A DNA stretch of 32,569 nt from NCBI GenBank assembly GCA_008369845.1, contig MRSU01000638.1:1-32569 (forward strand), read 5' to 3'. How positions within the stretch are numbered: the stretch's first letter is position 1; each line of letters begins with the position of its first letter. Origin of the DNA: Trichomonas gallinae (Eukaryota). Below the pieces are notes generated by a model, which worked only from the letters and a program-made list of their open reading frames with translations, made no database searches and was not told the DNA's origin. The position numbers were made by a program, and so were the translations under genes. Shown here piece after piece: positions 18,137 through 28,659 of the stretch.

Positions 18137-19564
18137 ATGGGATTTCTAAATTGGATACTTTTTTGGTCAGATACTTATCACAACTCCATCTTATATCACA
18201 TAATACGCCAGAGTGCCATCATTGGGCTTTTCGTTGTAGCCGTTCTTATCTTTCCAACAACTGTTTCAATGTATCTTCTCACTCTTTCAATAATCGAATA
18301 TACCAGAAAGTGCTCTGGCATGTACTTAATCATTCTCTACTGCTTCTTCGTTTTCGTGACATGGTTTACAGGTTTTCTATACCAACCATTCGAAGATCAA
18401 TCACATCCAAGAATTACCATCTTAGATTTACTAAGAGGCATGATTTACGTCATGGCAGTCGCTTTTGACCGTTTAACAACAAAAAGATTTGGAATCGTTA
18501 GTAATATTACTTTGCTAGCTTTTCCAACATTTCTTGTTTGCTCATCGGAATTCATAAGTGTAATCGATCAGTTTGGAATATCAATACACGTTGCAGCTTT
18601 TTGCAACTATTTTCCAGACGTTTCTTTTCTTCCGCTGAGGTTAGTTGGTCCTAATGGACTTGCTTTCTGCGTAGGATTCCTCGCATCTTACACATCTATG
18701 TGGCGTGTTGCTCGTCATTTAGCTCGTAGAAGATTTAGATTACATATTCGTTGGATTCCGATCGTAATTGGCGGTGTTGTTTTATCGAACTTTATTTTCG
18801 CAAGAACAGAAAATACTCAGCACATATCCGTTATACAAAATTTCGATCAAACGAATATCAAAAAAGTTTACGATCAAATTAAGTCTATTTCGAACAGTAC
18901 CCCGTTTATACTCGTTGATTTACCACTTATTGGAGATATTACAAAGCTCCTATCTATTAAATCAAAATCATTAATCACTTTCTGCTCAACAAAGAACGGA
19001 TCAGATACATTATATGTACTAGAGAATGGAAAATCAATTGAATTTCCACTCTATCATCATCAGAAATCAAAAGTTCCATTTTTATATAAAATGAGAGACG
19101 TTTTAGTCCTCAATACTACACTTGGTCGCACTGCTTTTCTTGTAGGCCGTGATGTTTTGTTTGCAGAATTTTTCGCTTCTCAAGATTTTGATCTGATTAT
19201 CTCTTATGGCGGATCAGAATATGATGAAAAGGCACAATTAATGCAAAGAACTGGACCAGTAATCAGTTCTTCAACAGGAGCATATCATTTCCACGCATCT
19301 GCATTCGCGAACACATATTTAATTCGAGGTAATGGACATACTATCTTTTCATCTACTCCAACGAAAGAAGACGTTCGCGTTTTTGATATAAGTTCAAATG
19401 GAAATAGAGTTTTTCAGAACAGATTTAAATTCATTTTCTTCGCGTATTTCTTCCACGTGATAGGATCCCTATGGATATTATTGAATTTCATTCCATATTA
19501 TTATGTAAGGAATTTCACACAGGTTCCGCGTGGTATTGTTCTCACAATTCAAGATTCATCTTAA
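18137..19564 (+). CDS. Membrane protein resembling apolipoprotein N-acyltransferase (Lnt)/nitrilase superfamily, catalytic residues apparently lost
   Basis: N-terminal TM bundle with AFPTFLVCSSEF and LVGPNGLAFCVGF (cf. Lnt P..W...E and GGVYGLSF), a soluble domain with LNTTLGRTAFLVGRDVLFAEFF..DFDLII (cf. TPLGKIGVLICYDxxFPE..DxDLL), and one C-terminal TM segment. Confidence 0.55.
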   Translation: MGFLNWILFWSDTYHNSILYHIIRQSAIIGLFVVAVLIFPTTVSMYLLTLSIIEYTRKCSGMYLIILYCFFVFVTWFTGFLYQPFEDQSHPRITILDLLRGMIYVMAVAFDRLTTKRFGIVSNITLLAFPTFLVCSSEFISVIDQFGISIHVAAFCNYFPDVSFLPLRLVGPNGLAFCVGFLASYTSMWRVARHLARRRFRLHIRWIPIVIGGVVLSNFIFARTENTQHISVIQNFDQTNIKKVYDQIKSISNSTPFILVDLPLIGDITKLLSIKSKSLITFCSTKNGSDTLYVLENGKSIEFPLYHHQKSKVPFLYKMRDVLVLNTTLGRTAFLVGRDVLFAEFFASQDFDLIISYGGSEYDEKAQLMQRTGPVISSSTGAYHFHASAFANTYLIRGNGHTIFSSTPTKEDVRVFDISSNGNRVFQNRFKFIFFAYFFHVIGSLWILLNFIPYYYVRNFTQVPRGIVLTIQDSS

Positions 19565-20052
19565 GCTTTTATTATTGTTTTATTATTGCTTTATAAATAT
19601 ATCTATATAGATCGTTTGAATACAATTTCAATATTTATCGGTAGCCTTTTTTGTCGTTTTTAAGGTTGTTTAATATTCAAAGTTAAAATCACCGTTATTT
19701 TGCATTAAGATCTACTTATTTTGCTTTATCTGGTTCACCTAATAACATATTTATGCGTAAAAACTCTTCAATTACAAGTTTTTGAGAAAAATCAGAATCA
19801 AAAATTTTCCATTTTTTTCAAAAATAATGTGTTTATTTAAATTTATATATGATGCAAATTATAAAAAATAGATTAAAATTAGCAAATATTTTGATATTAA
19901 AATTTTATCTAAAAATCGAAATAAAATTGATAAATAGGATATATATGTGGTAGAAGTCTTATATTTTGAGTTTTAGGCCAAAAAATTTAGAGAAATTTCC
20001 GGTGAATTTTTTTCAAGTTATGACTGAAAAGTGAAATGAAGCATTTTTCAAG

Positions 20053-20604
20053 ATGATGGACAAAAACAGCTTCCAGCTTAAGATGCAAGCAAAGCAGCTT
20101 GAGAATGAGGCAAAGAGAATGATGAAGGAGGCAAATAAGGAGAAGGCTAAGGCAAAGGCCGCCCTTAAGAAGGGAAATAGAGCCGCCGCTGCACTTTACG
20201 CTCAGAACGCGACACGCTACGAAGCTCAGGCTAACCAACTCTTACAGTCTGCTGGCACAACAAATGGCTACGCTACAGATCTTCGCGCTGGTGCAGTTGC
20301 TGCTCAGATGGCTAGAAATATGGCACAGGCAACATCTGGCCTTGAATCAAACGTTAAGGCTGTCGATGTTAACAAGGTTTCAGCCCAGCGTACTAAATTA
20401 GATGGCCTTAAGACAAAGATGGCCGCTGCTAACGAATTATTAACTGGTGAAGATGATTTGGAGGCTCAGGCTGGCGCTGATGATCTCCTCGCCGCCCTTG
20501 AAGCCGAAAATGCAGCAGATGCTGAACTCCAGCTTGATGCCATTCCAATGGGCACTGTATCTGTCCCAGCTGAATCTGCAAAGGCTGGTGGCATGAGGAT
20601 CTAA
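20053..20604 (+). CDS. CHMP1: ESCRT-III subunit Did2/Vps46/CHMP1 (Snf7 family)
   Basis: FQLKMQAKQLENEAKR..KEKAKAKAALKKGN..AALYAQNATR matches the CHMP1/Did2 N-terminal helix. It has a basic N-half, an acidic C-half and strongly biased codons. Confidence 0.85.
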   Translation: MMDKNSFQLKMQAKQLENEAKRMMKEANKEKAKAKAALKKGNRAAAALYAQNATRYEAQANQLLQSAGTTNGYATDLRAGAVAAQMARNMAQATSGLESNVKAVDVNKVSAQRTKLDGLKTKMAAANELLTGEDDLEAQAGADDLLAALEAENAADAELQLDAIPMGTVSVPAESAKAGGMRI

Positions 20605-21871
20605 AACGGCTATAAAATTATAATTTTGTTTAAACAAATAAAACTTTTTTTACAAATTAAAAAAAATTGAAATTTCTTGTTTAACTCAGATTGCTCGTTT
20701 AAAGTCATGGTTTTAATATGAGCTTGCAAATATATACTCATTTATAACGCAAATCTTTCAAAATATAAAATATGAATATGAAATAAAGCTCATAACAGGA
20801 AAATCAACATATACATATTGATTAGATTTGTATATTGTCTTTTTGTTTCAGAGGATGTGATAATCTCATTGATTTTTCAATATGATAAAATCCATTAAAC
20901 AAGACGTAAACAAATATGAATTGTTGATTTTAACGTAGTTATTCTGTGCATATGCCATGAATCATGAAAAAATCAGAAAATCGAAATAAAATTCCATTTC
21001 TTTCTATGATATTTCATGTATATGACTTATTTTTATTATTTTAGTTCATTAACTATGAGAGTAAATAATGCATTAATGGATCTAATTATAAGGCAATACA
21101 TGAATATCTTAAAATAATTTTCAATTTCATCATATTTCCTATTTTCATTATTTGATATATTTTCAATAGTTAAAACACCCCCAATCTGTAGATATAAAAG
21201 TTTGGTATTCGATGTTTTTCAAGCGAAAAAATCTCAAAATATTAAAAAATCAATAATATAATCTTATTTTCGACTTACGTTAATTTTCTAAAATTAACAT
21301 GGGACTCAGATACAGAGTGTTACAAACTGAGTTTAGCACATACCAATACATTTCTGAAGCATGAGTTACAGTAACCATTATATTATTTCGAGTCTAACTA
21401 TATCAATCAAGAAAATCTCAATTTTTATTTTAAAAATACACATTCTCAACGCTTTAAAGTTACTTGATTACGATGCAAATACATTAAAAATTCATTAACT
21501 CTACCAATGTTATCAAATCATTCTTCTAAAGCAGGAATAAATATTGTTTTGCCCACAATATATAATTATCGCGCTAAAGTACAACAGGAAGTATCAATAA
21601 ACAAGTATTTTGCATACTTTAAACATATATACTAATTCATACTTGATTAAAGATAAATCTTTTTCCTATACTTGTGATTTTTTAGACAACTGTTGCTATA
21701 TTTCTTGATTCAAAACATGCAATTTCATTGTTTAGCTTTGTTTGTGAGATTTGAAAAATCGATTCTATTGATCATCTCAGATATCATTATTATCATTCAT
21801 ATCCCATGGGTATATAATATGGGCACAATAACAGTCCGAATTCTTCTCTAGAAAAAAAAATTATACATTTC

Positions 21872-21905
21872 TCTACATGTCAAAAATCACATTACATGTC
21901 AAAAA
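21872..21905. promoter_or_regulatory. Two tandem TACATGTCAAAAA elements just past the stop of the adaptin gene
   Basis: tctacatgtcaaaaa 21872 and attacatgtcaaaaa 21891, with no ORF start nearby. Confidence 0.45.
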
Positions 21906-21916
21906 ATATATTACAT

Positions 21917-23449
21917 TTACAAAAGATCTATTTTGCTTGTCTCGATCAAATCAAGAAACATAGCGGAAACATTTCTAACCTCATGGAATGATGATTGAGT
22001 AAGGACTGAAATTCTATTAATAATTCCGAATTCAACATCAAACTGCAGCCTTAGCCAAAATGCTGTTGCATAGTTGATCAGTGTTGATTGGTAATGCTCA
22101 CTTTTTGTAGCAATAAGAGGAGGAATTAAAACTCTAATATCTTGTGAGTCAGTTGACCATTCACTGATAGCCCACGCAATAGCGAGACCAACAGGGTCAT
22201 CCGGTGGCTCAAATATTGTCTCTGAAACTTCTTTGAGAAAGAGTTTTTGTATATTTTTATCTGTGATGCTTTGAATTGCTTGCGCTATTATGATAAATGA
22301 ACCCGGAATTGCTAAATCATACAAACCAATGATGACAGAAACAAATATAGCTCCATCATTCTTAGAAACGTTTATTAATTCTTGGACTGATGTTATATCC
22401 TTTGTCTCATTAATAAATTTATAGAGTTCACCTGATGACCTGTGATCACGAGCAGATATCGCACGAATCGCAATTGCAGGGCCTCTTATTGAAGAATCAA
22501 CTGATTCTATGCTTGGAGTGATAACTGATGGTGATGGCTTGAATTTGATAGAAAGAGACTTAAGAGCATTCAGCACACAAGAAGCTACGTTCGGATCTGT
22601 ATCAACTGAAATAATATTTTGTAATTTCGATCCGAGTTGAGTGTAGAGTGTGCTTGAGAATTGCGCTCGAGAAATAAGGTTTGCAGCATCAATCAACGCA
22701 ATAGGATCATCTTGTTTAGACACAAATTGCGTAACAGATTTTTCCATATCAACGTAAAGCGTAGGGTTCAATGCTAGTAATGCACACAGTATTCTTGAAA
22801 GTTTCGAAAATGTCACTGGTGTTGCAAAAGGAATCTCAGAAATAAGAGTTTGGAAAAGTGCACCGACTTCTAGTGGATTTTTTTGAACAACTTCACATAA
22901 AATAGCAAGTGTTGTGTATTTAAGTGATGGCTGGAATAACGCAGCGCGAATGTATTGCATTAATTTAGGTAATATTGTTTGATCATCTAAATATGCTCTG
23001 AAAATGATTGTAAGTGCTAATTTTCTTCCTGTATCGTTCGAAGATTCAGCAATAGTGTAAACTTCGTTTTCGATAGAATGAAAAACGAATGGATTAACGT
23101 AAAATGACATAGATTGCAACGCGGGGATTATTAAATCTTCAGTTCTCATTGCTTTTCTGTATATTGCAGGCATCATTTCGACGTATGGAGATGATTTCGT
23201 GAGGAAAACTGAAGCAGCTCGAAATCCAACTATTCTGGCTTCAATACTTTGCGAAGATAGTAGCATTGTAACGTGAAATCCTAAGAAAGACAAATCATTT
23301 GAATCGAAAGAATTCGGAATTATTTTATTCATTGATTTCGTTTGAACTAATTCGTTGCCCGTGATAAAAGACTTGTAAATGTCATCAAGTTCATCCTCAT
23401 CGAACGTATCAAGTATTTTCGTTAAAGTTCGAGTGATGAAATCAAACAT
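21917..23449 (-). CDS. Divergent adaptin large subunit, trunk only (AP-3 delta-like)
   Basis: DLSFLGFHVTMLLSSQSIEARIVGFRAASVFL resembles AP3-delta DISWAAFNIIEVMS..FxxKRIGYLAASQSF. GRKLALTIIFRAYL, ILCEVVQKNP and DTDPNV..L are also adaptin-like. The ATG is at 23449 (the track start 23458 is GTG), with a promoter element at 23482. Confidence 0.65.
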   Translation of the reverse strand: MFDFITRTLTKILDTFDEDELDDIYKSFITGNELVQTKSMNKIIPNSFDSNDLSFLGFHVTMLLSSQSIEARIVGFRAASVFLTKSSPYVEMMPAIYRKAMRTEDLIIPALQSMSFYVNPFVFHSIENEVYTIAESSNDTGRKLALTIIFRAYLDDQTILPKLMQYIRAALFQPSLKYTTLAILCEVVQKNPLEVGALFQTLISEIPFATPVTFSKLSRILCALLALNPTLYVDMEKSVTQFVSKQDDPIALIDAANLISRAQFSSTLYTQLGSKLQNIISVDTDPNVASCVLNALKSLSIKFKPSPSVITPSIESVDSSIRGPAIAIRAISARDHRSSGELYKFINETKDITSVQELINVSKNDGAIFVSVIIGLYDLAIPGSFIIIAQAIQSITDKNIQKLFLKEVSETIFEPPDDPVGLAIAWAISEWSTDSQDIRVLIPPLIATKSEHYQSTLINYATAFWLRLQFDVEFGIINRISVLTQSSFHEVRNVSAMFLDLIETSKIDLL

Positions 23450-24014
23450 TTTTGACACCTTTCTGACGTCATATTCATCATTTTACATGTCAAAAATCTA
23501 ATCATTGGTTATCGTATGATTTCAGATACATCACACGCTAATATAGACGAATATATCCATGAAAAACACAATAAACACAGTTGAAATCATATAACATATA
23601 TAAATTTTTTTTTCTCTTTTTACAGCTCATATTTTGTAAATCATTCTATATAGCCATTATATTAATATATATATAAAGTAAATAAATCTTCTTCACTTAA
23701 TTCATCAATAAAATAGATATTTCACCGCGTATTCTATGTTTTAACATTATTATAGTTTTTAATTTATATATCGTGTACTGTTTATTAATATTTATTGTTT
23801 GAATCTTGAATATTTAGTTTGATTTAATATATTTTCATAATTTTAACTATATTGATTGTCAAACCATTGCTGTTGACAATATTCGATGAATTTTATAGTC
23901 AAGTGTTATAAAGTTGAAATATATTTTGGTGCCATAAAAAATTAGACAGCTAAGTGGCCAATTTTGTAAAAAAGCAATGTATATTATTTATTAGTAATAG
24001 GGTGAATAAATTAT

Positions 24015-24524
24015 TCACTTAGAATTGAAAAATACTGTTGAGATTGCCTCGAAAGGTGACTTCAAAGTCTCTTGGTTACGTTCGATAGCAAACTGTTTGA
24101 TCTGTTGTTTTTGTCTGTACTCGTTAATTGGCTTTAATGCGAATGATAATCCTTTACCAACGACCATCATAAATATTGATTGAAAAGCACCAGTGAAGGC
24201 ACCACTAGCGACACCCTTCATACCATTTCTCCACTCTAAAAGGGCACCTGTCGCTGCACCTTCAGCAATATCGGCAAGTAATGGATTTTTAATGCGCTGA
24301 TTGATGTATGGTGTAAGTGTTGCTGAACACATAGCCCAGCTAGCCATGTTAATAGCGTTTTGCTTAGAAACTACTGAGAATTGAGATTTAAAATCAGCCA
24401 ACTTTGAGCCTGAAGGTGCTTCAAAGAGTGAATGTCTCAAAGCACCGACAAGGGCGAAGCCATGGCCTGTTAGCATACCTCTGCCGGCTCTCTGTGCATA
24501 TTCTTGAAAAGTTGGTCTCTGCAT
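24015..24524 (-). CDS. Tim17/Tim22/Tim23-family inner-membrane translocase (probably hydrogenosomal)
   Basis: 169 aa with Gly/Ala-rich TM helices: AGRGMLTGHGFALVG, AINMASWAMCSA, NPLLADIAEGAATGALLEWRNG (cf. [21 protein letters not shown]) and ASGAFTGA. Confidence 0.75.
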   Translation of the reverse strand: MQRPTFQEYAQRAGRGMLTGHGFALVGALRHSLFEAPSGSKLADFKSQFSVVSKQNAINMASWAMCSATLTPYINQRIKNPLLADIAEGAATGALLEWRNGMKGVASGAFTGAFQSIFMMVVGKGLSFALKPINEYRQKQQIKQFAIERNQETLKSPFEAISTVFFNSK

Positions 24525-25210
24525 TCTAAAATTTTCGCAAAATTAAGGGTCTCCCCCTAAATAACAGAATTCTTTCAAATAACTCAAATATCCACTCTTT
24601 ATAGGCTATATAATAATATTTTTAAAGCGACACTCAATAATTTGGCATTTTGTTAATTATCTCAAATTCACATTATCTATAGCGGTTATAGGATTATAAG
24701 AATATGGATTGAATTTTAATATTTACATAATATATCATAATTCCATTTTTCAAAGTATAATATCAATTTATCACTTTATTTCATATCAATTATCACTAAT
24801 ATATTATATAGTTGTCATATATATCACAGTTAATTATAGAAATCATATTTCAATGCAACATTTATATTAGAAATATTGTCATTCTCCAATAAATGATCAT
24901 TTTATATCAACAAATTTTTAAGAATGTGTCTTATTGCTATTTTAACGTGATAATTTGATTACACATAATAATTATATTGTAATTTTAAACAAATAGATTA
25001 ATCTATCACATTATTATTTATCAGATTTGTTATGATGTGATGAATACACTTTTGAGGCTAAAAAACAACTACAAATCGTATGAAACCTCTATATACAAGT
25101 GTACATGTCGTGATTGTCTTAACTCAATTATATTCAAAAATGATTTAAAAATGTTCAACGAAATGATAGATAAGACAATATAATGTGTATATCTTCAGCA
25201 AAAATCAAAA

Positions 25211-28210
25211 ATGCTTGATGTTTCCTTTTTGACAATTCCACACTCAGAGATAGATGTTGATCTTTTGGATCATGTCATTGTCCAATTGCAAAAGGATCCA
25301 TCAAACATTACATATTTGGATGCAATTTCCTCTTTTCAAGAAAGAGAAGATTCTTATAAATGTTATATTCAAGTATTTTCTAAAGATTATTGCATTCAAA
25401 CCAAGTTATTGGTCCTAAAGATTCTAAGAAACTTTGTTGCAAGTCACTGGGACTTAATTTCAAGCGAAGATAAATCACAAATTCACGATTTTATTATACA
25501 ATTCATTCATAACGACGAAAACCTCAATAACAAGCCACTACTAGTACTTGCAGACGAAATTTTAGTTACAATTCTTAAATTTGAATGGCCTTCATCATTT
25601 CCTTCATTTATTTCGGATATAATCAATGAAGCAATGCAAAATACGATATTACAAGAAAATACACTCGAAATAATCACACAGTTAGCGAATGCAATTTCGA
25701 TTGATGCTGAAAATACATTAACAGTAATGCGAGCAGACCAAATGAATGAGCAATTCGCCGCAGACTTCAATATAATATCGCGTTTTGTTCAATCATTTTT
25801 CGTAAATAACACACAACCAAATTTAATAATTCAATGCATTCAAGCGATTAAGTCATTTGTAGCACTAGTGCACGTAGATAACCTTCTGCAAATAGGAATA
25901 TTCGGAAATTTGCATAATTTATATTCATATAATTTCAAAATGTTTATTCAAGCATCTTCGATCTTTGCTGAGATATGCCAGAGCAACAATTTTCCAACAG
26001 AATTCAATCAGCAAGTTCCACACATATTTTCAAACATTTGCGACGCATTAAAGAATTATTCTCAAGATTCGAATATTATTGCCTTGTTATCAGATTTCAC
26101 AGACCAAATAATATTCTCGAGGACACTGACAAGTTTGATTGCTAAATACTATAAAGTAATCATTCCTCTCGACAAAGAAAATTATTTAAATTTCGCGCTG
26201 GACATATTAACAGTTATGACAATGAATTTCACAGACCAAAGCCTGCAAATATGCGTTGACTTCTGGGCTTTCATGGCGACTAACGCTTACAGGGAGAGAA
26301 GATGCCAGCTCGAAAATACAACGGATTTCTTTCAGCCGTATTTTTCACCAATTTTAAATCTTATAATCGAAAAAATCGCGTCACCGTCAGATATTTTGCA
26401 AGTTGAAGAAGATGGAGCCATTGGATCACAGTTTGCCATACAGCCCAGCACTTTATATGACTCAATGCACGAGTTCTTAGTTTATTCAACACATTTGAAT
26501 CCACAGTGTACTGCTGAATCAATTCAAAACTTATTGGAAACTGAAACAGTAACAATTGACTTAGTGAACAGAATATGTTGGTGCATGGGAGCCATTGGTG
26601 GTGTTCTAGATGCCGCGGATGAACAGACATTATTAGGACCGATACTGACAAGCATTTTAGACCTTCTTGATACTGTTGAAGAGGAAAAAATTAGGACGTC
26701 AATTGTTGCTGGCGTTTCTTTCGCTTCATCTAGTTTGAAGAATTTCTTTGAACTTGAGGATAACATGAATATACTAGAAGTTATCTGCAATCACGTTTTA
26801 TCAACTTTGCCGACTGTTGAACCTTCAATGCAAATTGTTTTATCGTCAAATTTCAACAAAATTTGCAGATCATCCATGCAGTTGCTCTGCAATTCACCAA
26901 GCGGAAAAGATATATCCATTGTCGAATCATTGGCTGCTGATCTCATCAGCTTGTTCCAGGATGTTTCGCCACAGGCAATTTTGATATGTTTGGATGGTGT
27001 AACTTTCGCAACAAAACATTGTTCAGAAAAATTGACAATCGTCAATGGAATATCAGATTTCTTATTTGGTTTATTCGCGCAGTCACCAGCACCAACAGCA
27101 TGCATATTCTTCGTTAGATGCTTCAAAGTTCTGGCTTATAATATTTGCGATTATTTTCTCGATAATTTCTTGAGAAACAATGAAAATATATTAGGAGTAT
27201 TCAACGCATTTATTAGCGAATACATGACAGATGCAATAGCCTACGATCTTGTCAATGAAATATTAGATCTATTTGCTGTTATTTCAGCCCAGATTTCTTC
27301 GAAGAACCAAGCAATAGAAAACTTATTCGAGATCTGCTCTAGTGTTTTCCTTCCACTTTATTCACAGAATTTTATGAACCCACACATACTACAGATATTT
27401 GCACATCTTTCTCTAAAGATGCACCAAAACATGGCTTCAAGATTCAACACATTTTACACGCAGCTATTTATTCCTGCTGCAAATGTTTTCGAGGGCGAAA
27501 ATTCCGAAGAATACAAAGTATCAGAACTTTCTTCATTAGCCATGTCTTTGCTTTTCATGATGAAATGCATCGTCAGAACAGCTTTGTCGTCTTTGATAAC
27601 AATGGATGACGAGAATTTCCAACTTTTCACACAAACAATAGACAATTTAATAGTTTCAGATATCAATGGCGATGTTCGAGACTCAGCTTTGACTGTTTTG
27701 CAGGACATGTTCACAGCCATTGACTCTATGCCACAGAATTTCTCGCAGCAATTTTTCAACAATAATGGCGTCAGATACGCTTTGGATATCATCAAGTATC
27801 TATCAATACCAGACATGAGAGAATCATTGGGGCATTTATCGGCAATACTCAAGAGATTGCTAAGACAACATTGCGTTATCGAGAATATCTCACAGCTTGC
27901 TATTGGTGTCTGCAGGTTATTCCCTTGCCACGATGAGCGACAAATCGAGCATTTCTTCTTGGATTTGTCGAAGTGCGTCAAGCCACTTGAATTCAAGGCA
28001 ATGCTTAGAGACTTCTTGGTTAGCGTAAGAATCTGCAGTCGAAGAGACTCAGCGCTTTACAAAGAAGAAAAGCGCGAAATAGACAACATAGAATTGCAAG
28101 AGAAGAAAGATGTGCCTGGATTGGTAGAAATAGAAGGAGATGATATCACAGCACAGTTGCATGACCTATCGCAGAAGATGGAGGACATGACAATAGATAC
28201 TTCAAAATAA
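25211..28210 (+). CDS. Exportin-1 (CRM1)-like karyopherin, divergent paralog
   Basis: ILVTILKFEWPSSFPSFISDII, CVDFW, LYDSMHEFLVYSTHLN, VNRICWCMGAIGG, FKAMLRDFLV and VPGL all match recalled CRM1 blocks in order. Confidence 0.85.
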   Translation: MLDVSFLTIPHSEIDVDLLDHVIVQLQKDPSNITYLDAISSFQEREDSYKCYIQVFSKDYCIQTKLLVLKILRNFVASHWDLISSEDKSQIHDFIIQFIHNDENLNNKPLLVLADEILVTILKFEWPSSFPSFISDIINEAMQNTILQENTLEIITQLANAISIDAENTLTVMRADQMNEQFAADFNIISRFVQSFFVNNTQPNLIIQCIQAIKSFVALVHVDNLLQIGIFGNLHNLYSYNFKMFIQASSIFAEICQSNNFPTEFNQQVPHIFSNICDALKNYSQDSNIIALLSDFTDQIIFSRTLTSLIAKYYKVIIPLDKENYLNFALDILTVMTMNFTDQSLQICVDFWAFMATNAYRERRCQLENTTDFFQPYFSPILNLIIEKIASPSDILQVEEDGAIGSQFAIQPSTLYDSMHEFLVYSTHLNPQCTAESIQNLLETETVTIDLVNRICWCMGAIGGVLDAADEQTLLGPILTSILDLLDTVEEEKIRTSIVAGVSFASSSLKNFFELEDNMNILEVICNHVLSTLPTVEPSMQIVLSSNFNKICRSSMQLLCNSPSGKDISIVESLAADLISLFQDVSPQAILICLDGVTFATKHCSEKLTIVNGISDFLFGLFAQSPAPTACIFFVRCFKVLAYNICDYFLDNFLRNNENILGVFNAFISEYMTDAIAYDLVNEILDLFAVISAQISSKNQAIENLFEICSSVFLPLYSQNFMNPHILQIFAHLSLKMHQNMASRFNTFYTQLFIPAANVFEGENSEEYKVSELSSLAMSLLFMMKCIVRTALSSLITMDDENFQLFTQTIDNLIVSDINGDVRDSALTVLQDMFTAIDSMPQNFSQQFFNNNGVRYALDIIKYLSIPDMRESLGHLSAILKRLLRQHCVIENISQLAIGVCRLFPCHDERQIEHFFLDLSKCVKPLEFKAMLRDFLVSVRICSRRDSALYKEEKREIDNIELQEKKDVPGLVEIEGDDITAQLHDLSQKMEDMTIDTSK

Positions 28211-28572
28211 TTTGTTATTTTTTTTATTGATGTTTAGTTAGGGTAGTATATGTTATAACAAACTTGATCAGACCAAATGTATTCATTATATATTATCATT
28301 TTATATGAAAATTGTTATTTATATTAAATTTATTTTACAAAATCGTGTTTTTTATCTTATACAATTATGATTATTATATAAATAAAGAATTTATTTCTAT
28401 TTCATTTGCATCAACCCTAGTTTTCACATTTTTTCTAATTTTATTGTGAATTTAATAATCAACGTTATACAGTGTTGCTACTTGAAAAAATAGAGCTATA
28501 CCAAACACACTAGTAATATACAGATGAAAATATATATGATATCATAAGAATATTGATTTGAAATGAGAATTG

Positions 28573-28623
28573 TTTACATGCCAAAATTTTGATTTTACAT
28601 GTCAGAAATATATTTACATGTCA
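28573..28623. promoter_or_regulatory. Three ~20-bp-spaced TTTACATGYCA elements upstream of MORN5
   Basis: tttacatgcca 28573, tttacatgtca 28594 and tttacatgtca 28613, upstream of the ATG at 28660. Confidence 0.65.
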
Positions 28624-28659
28624 ATAAATTTAGTAACGTACAATTAATAATTATAGTAA

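Noticed and set aside
28573..28623. Regularly spaced short repeats as a CRISPR-like array or transposon termini
   Set aside because: The units are only 11 bp with ~9-bp spacers, with no cas or transposase gene, in a eukaryotic context. Clustered protein-binding sites explain them better.
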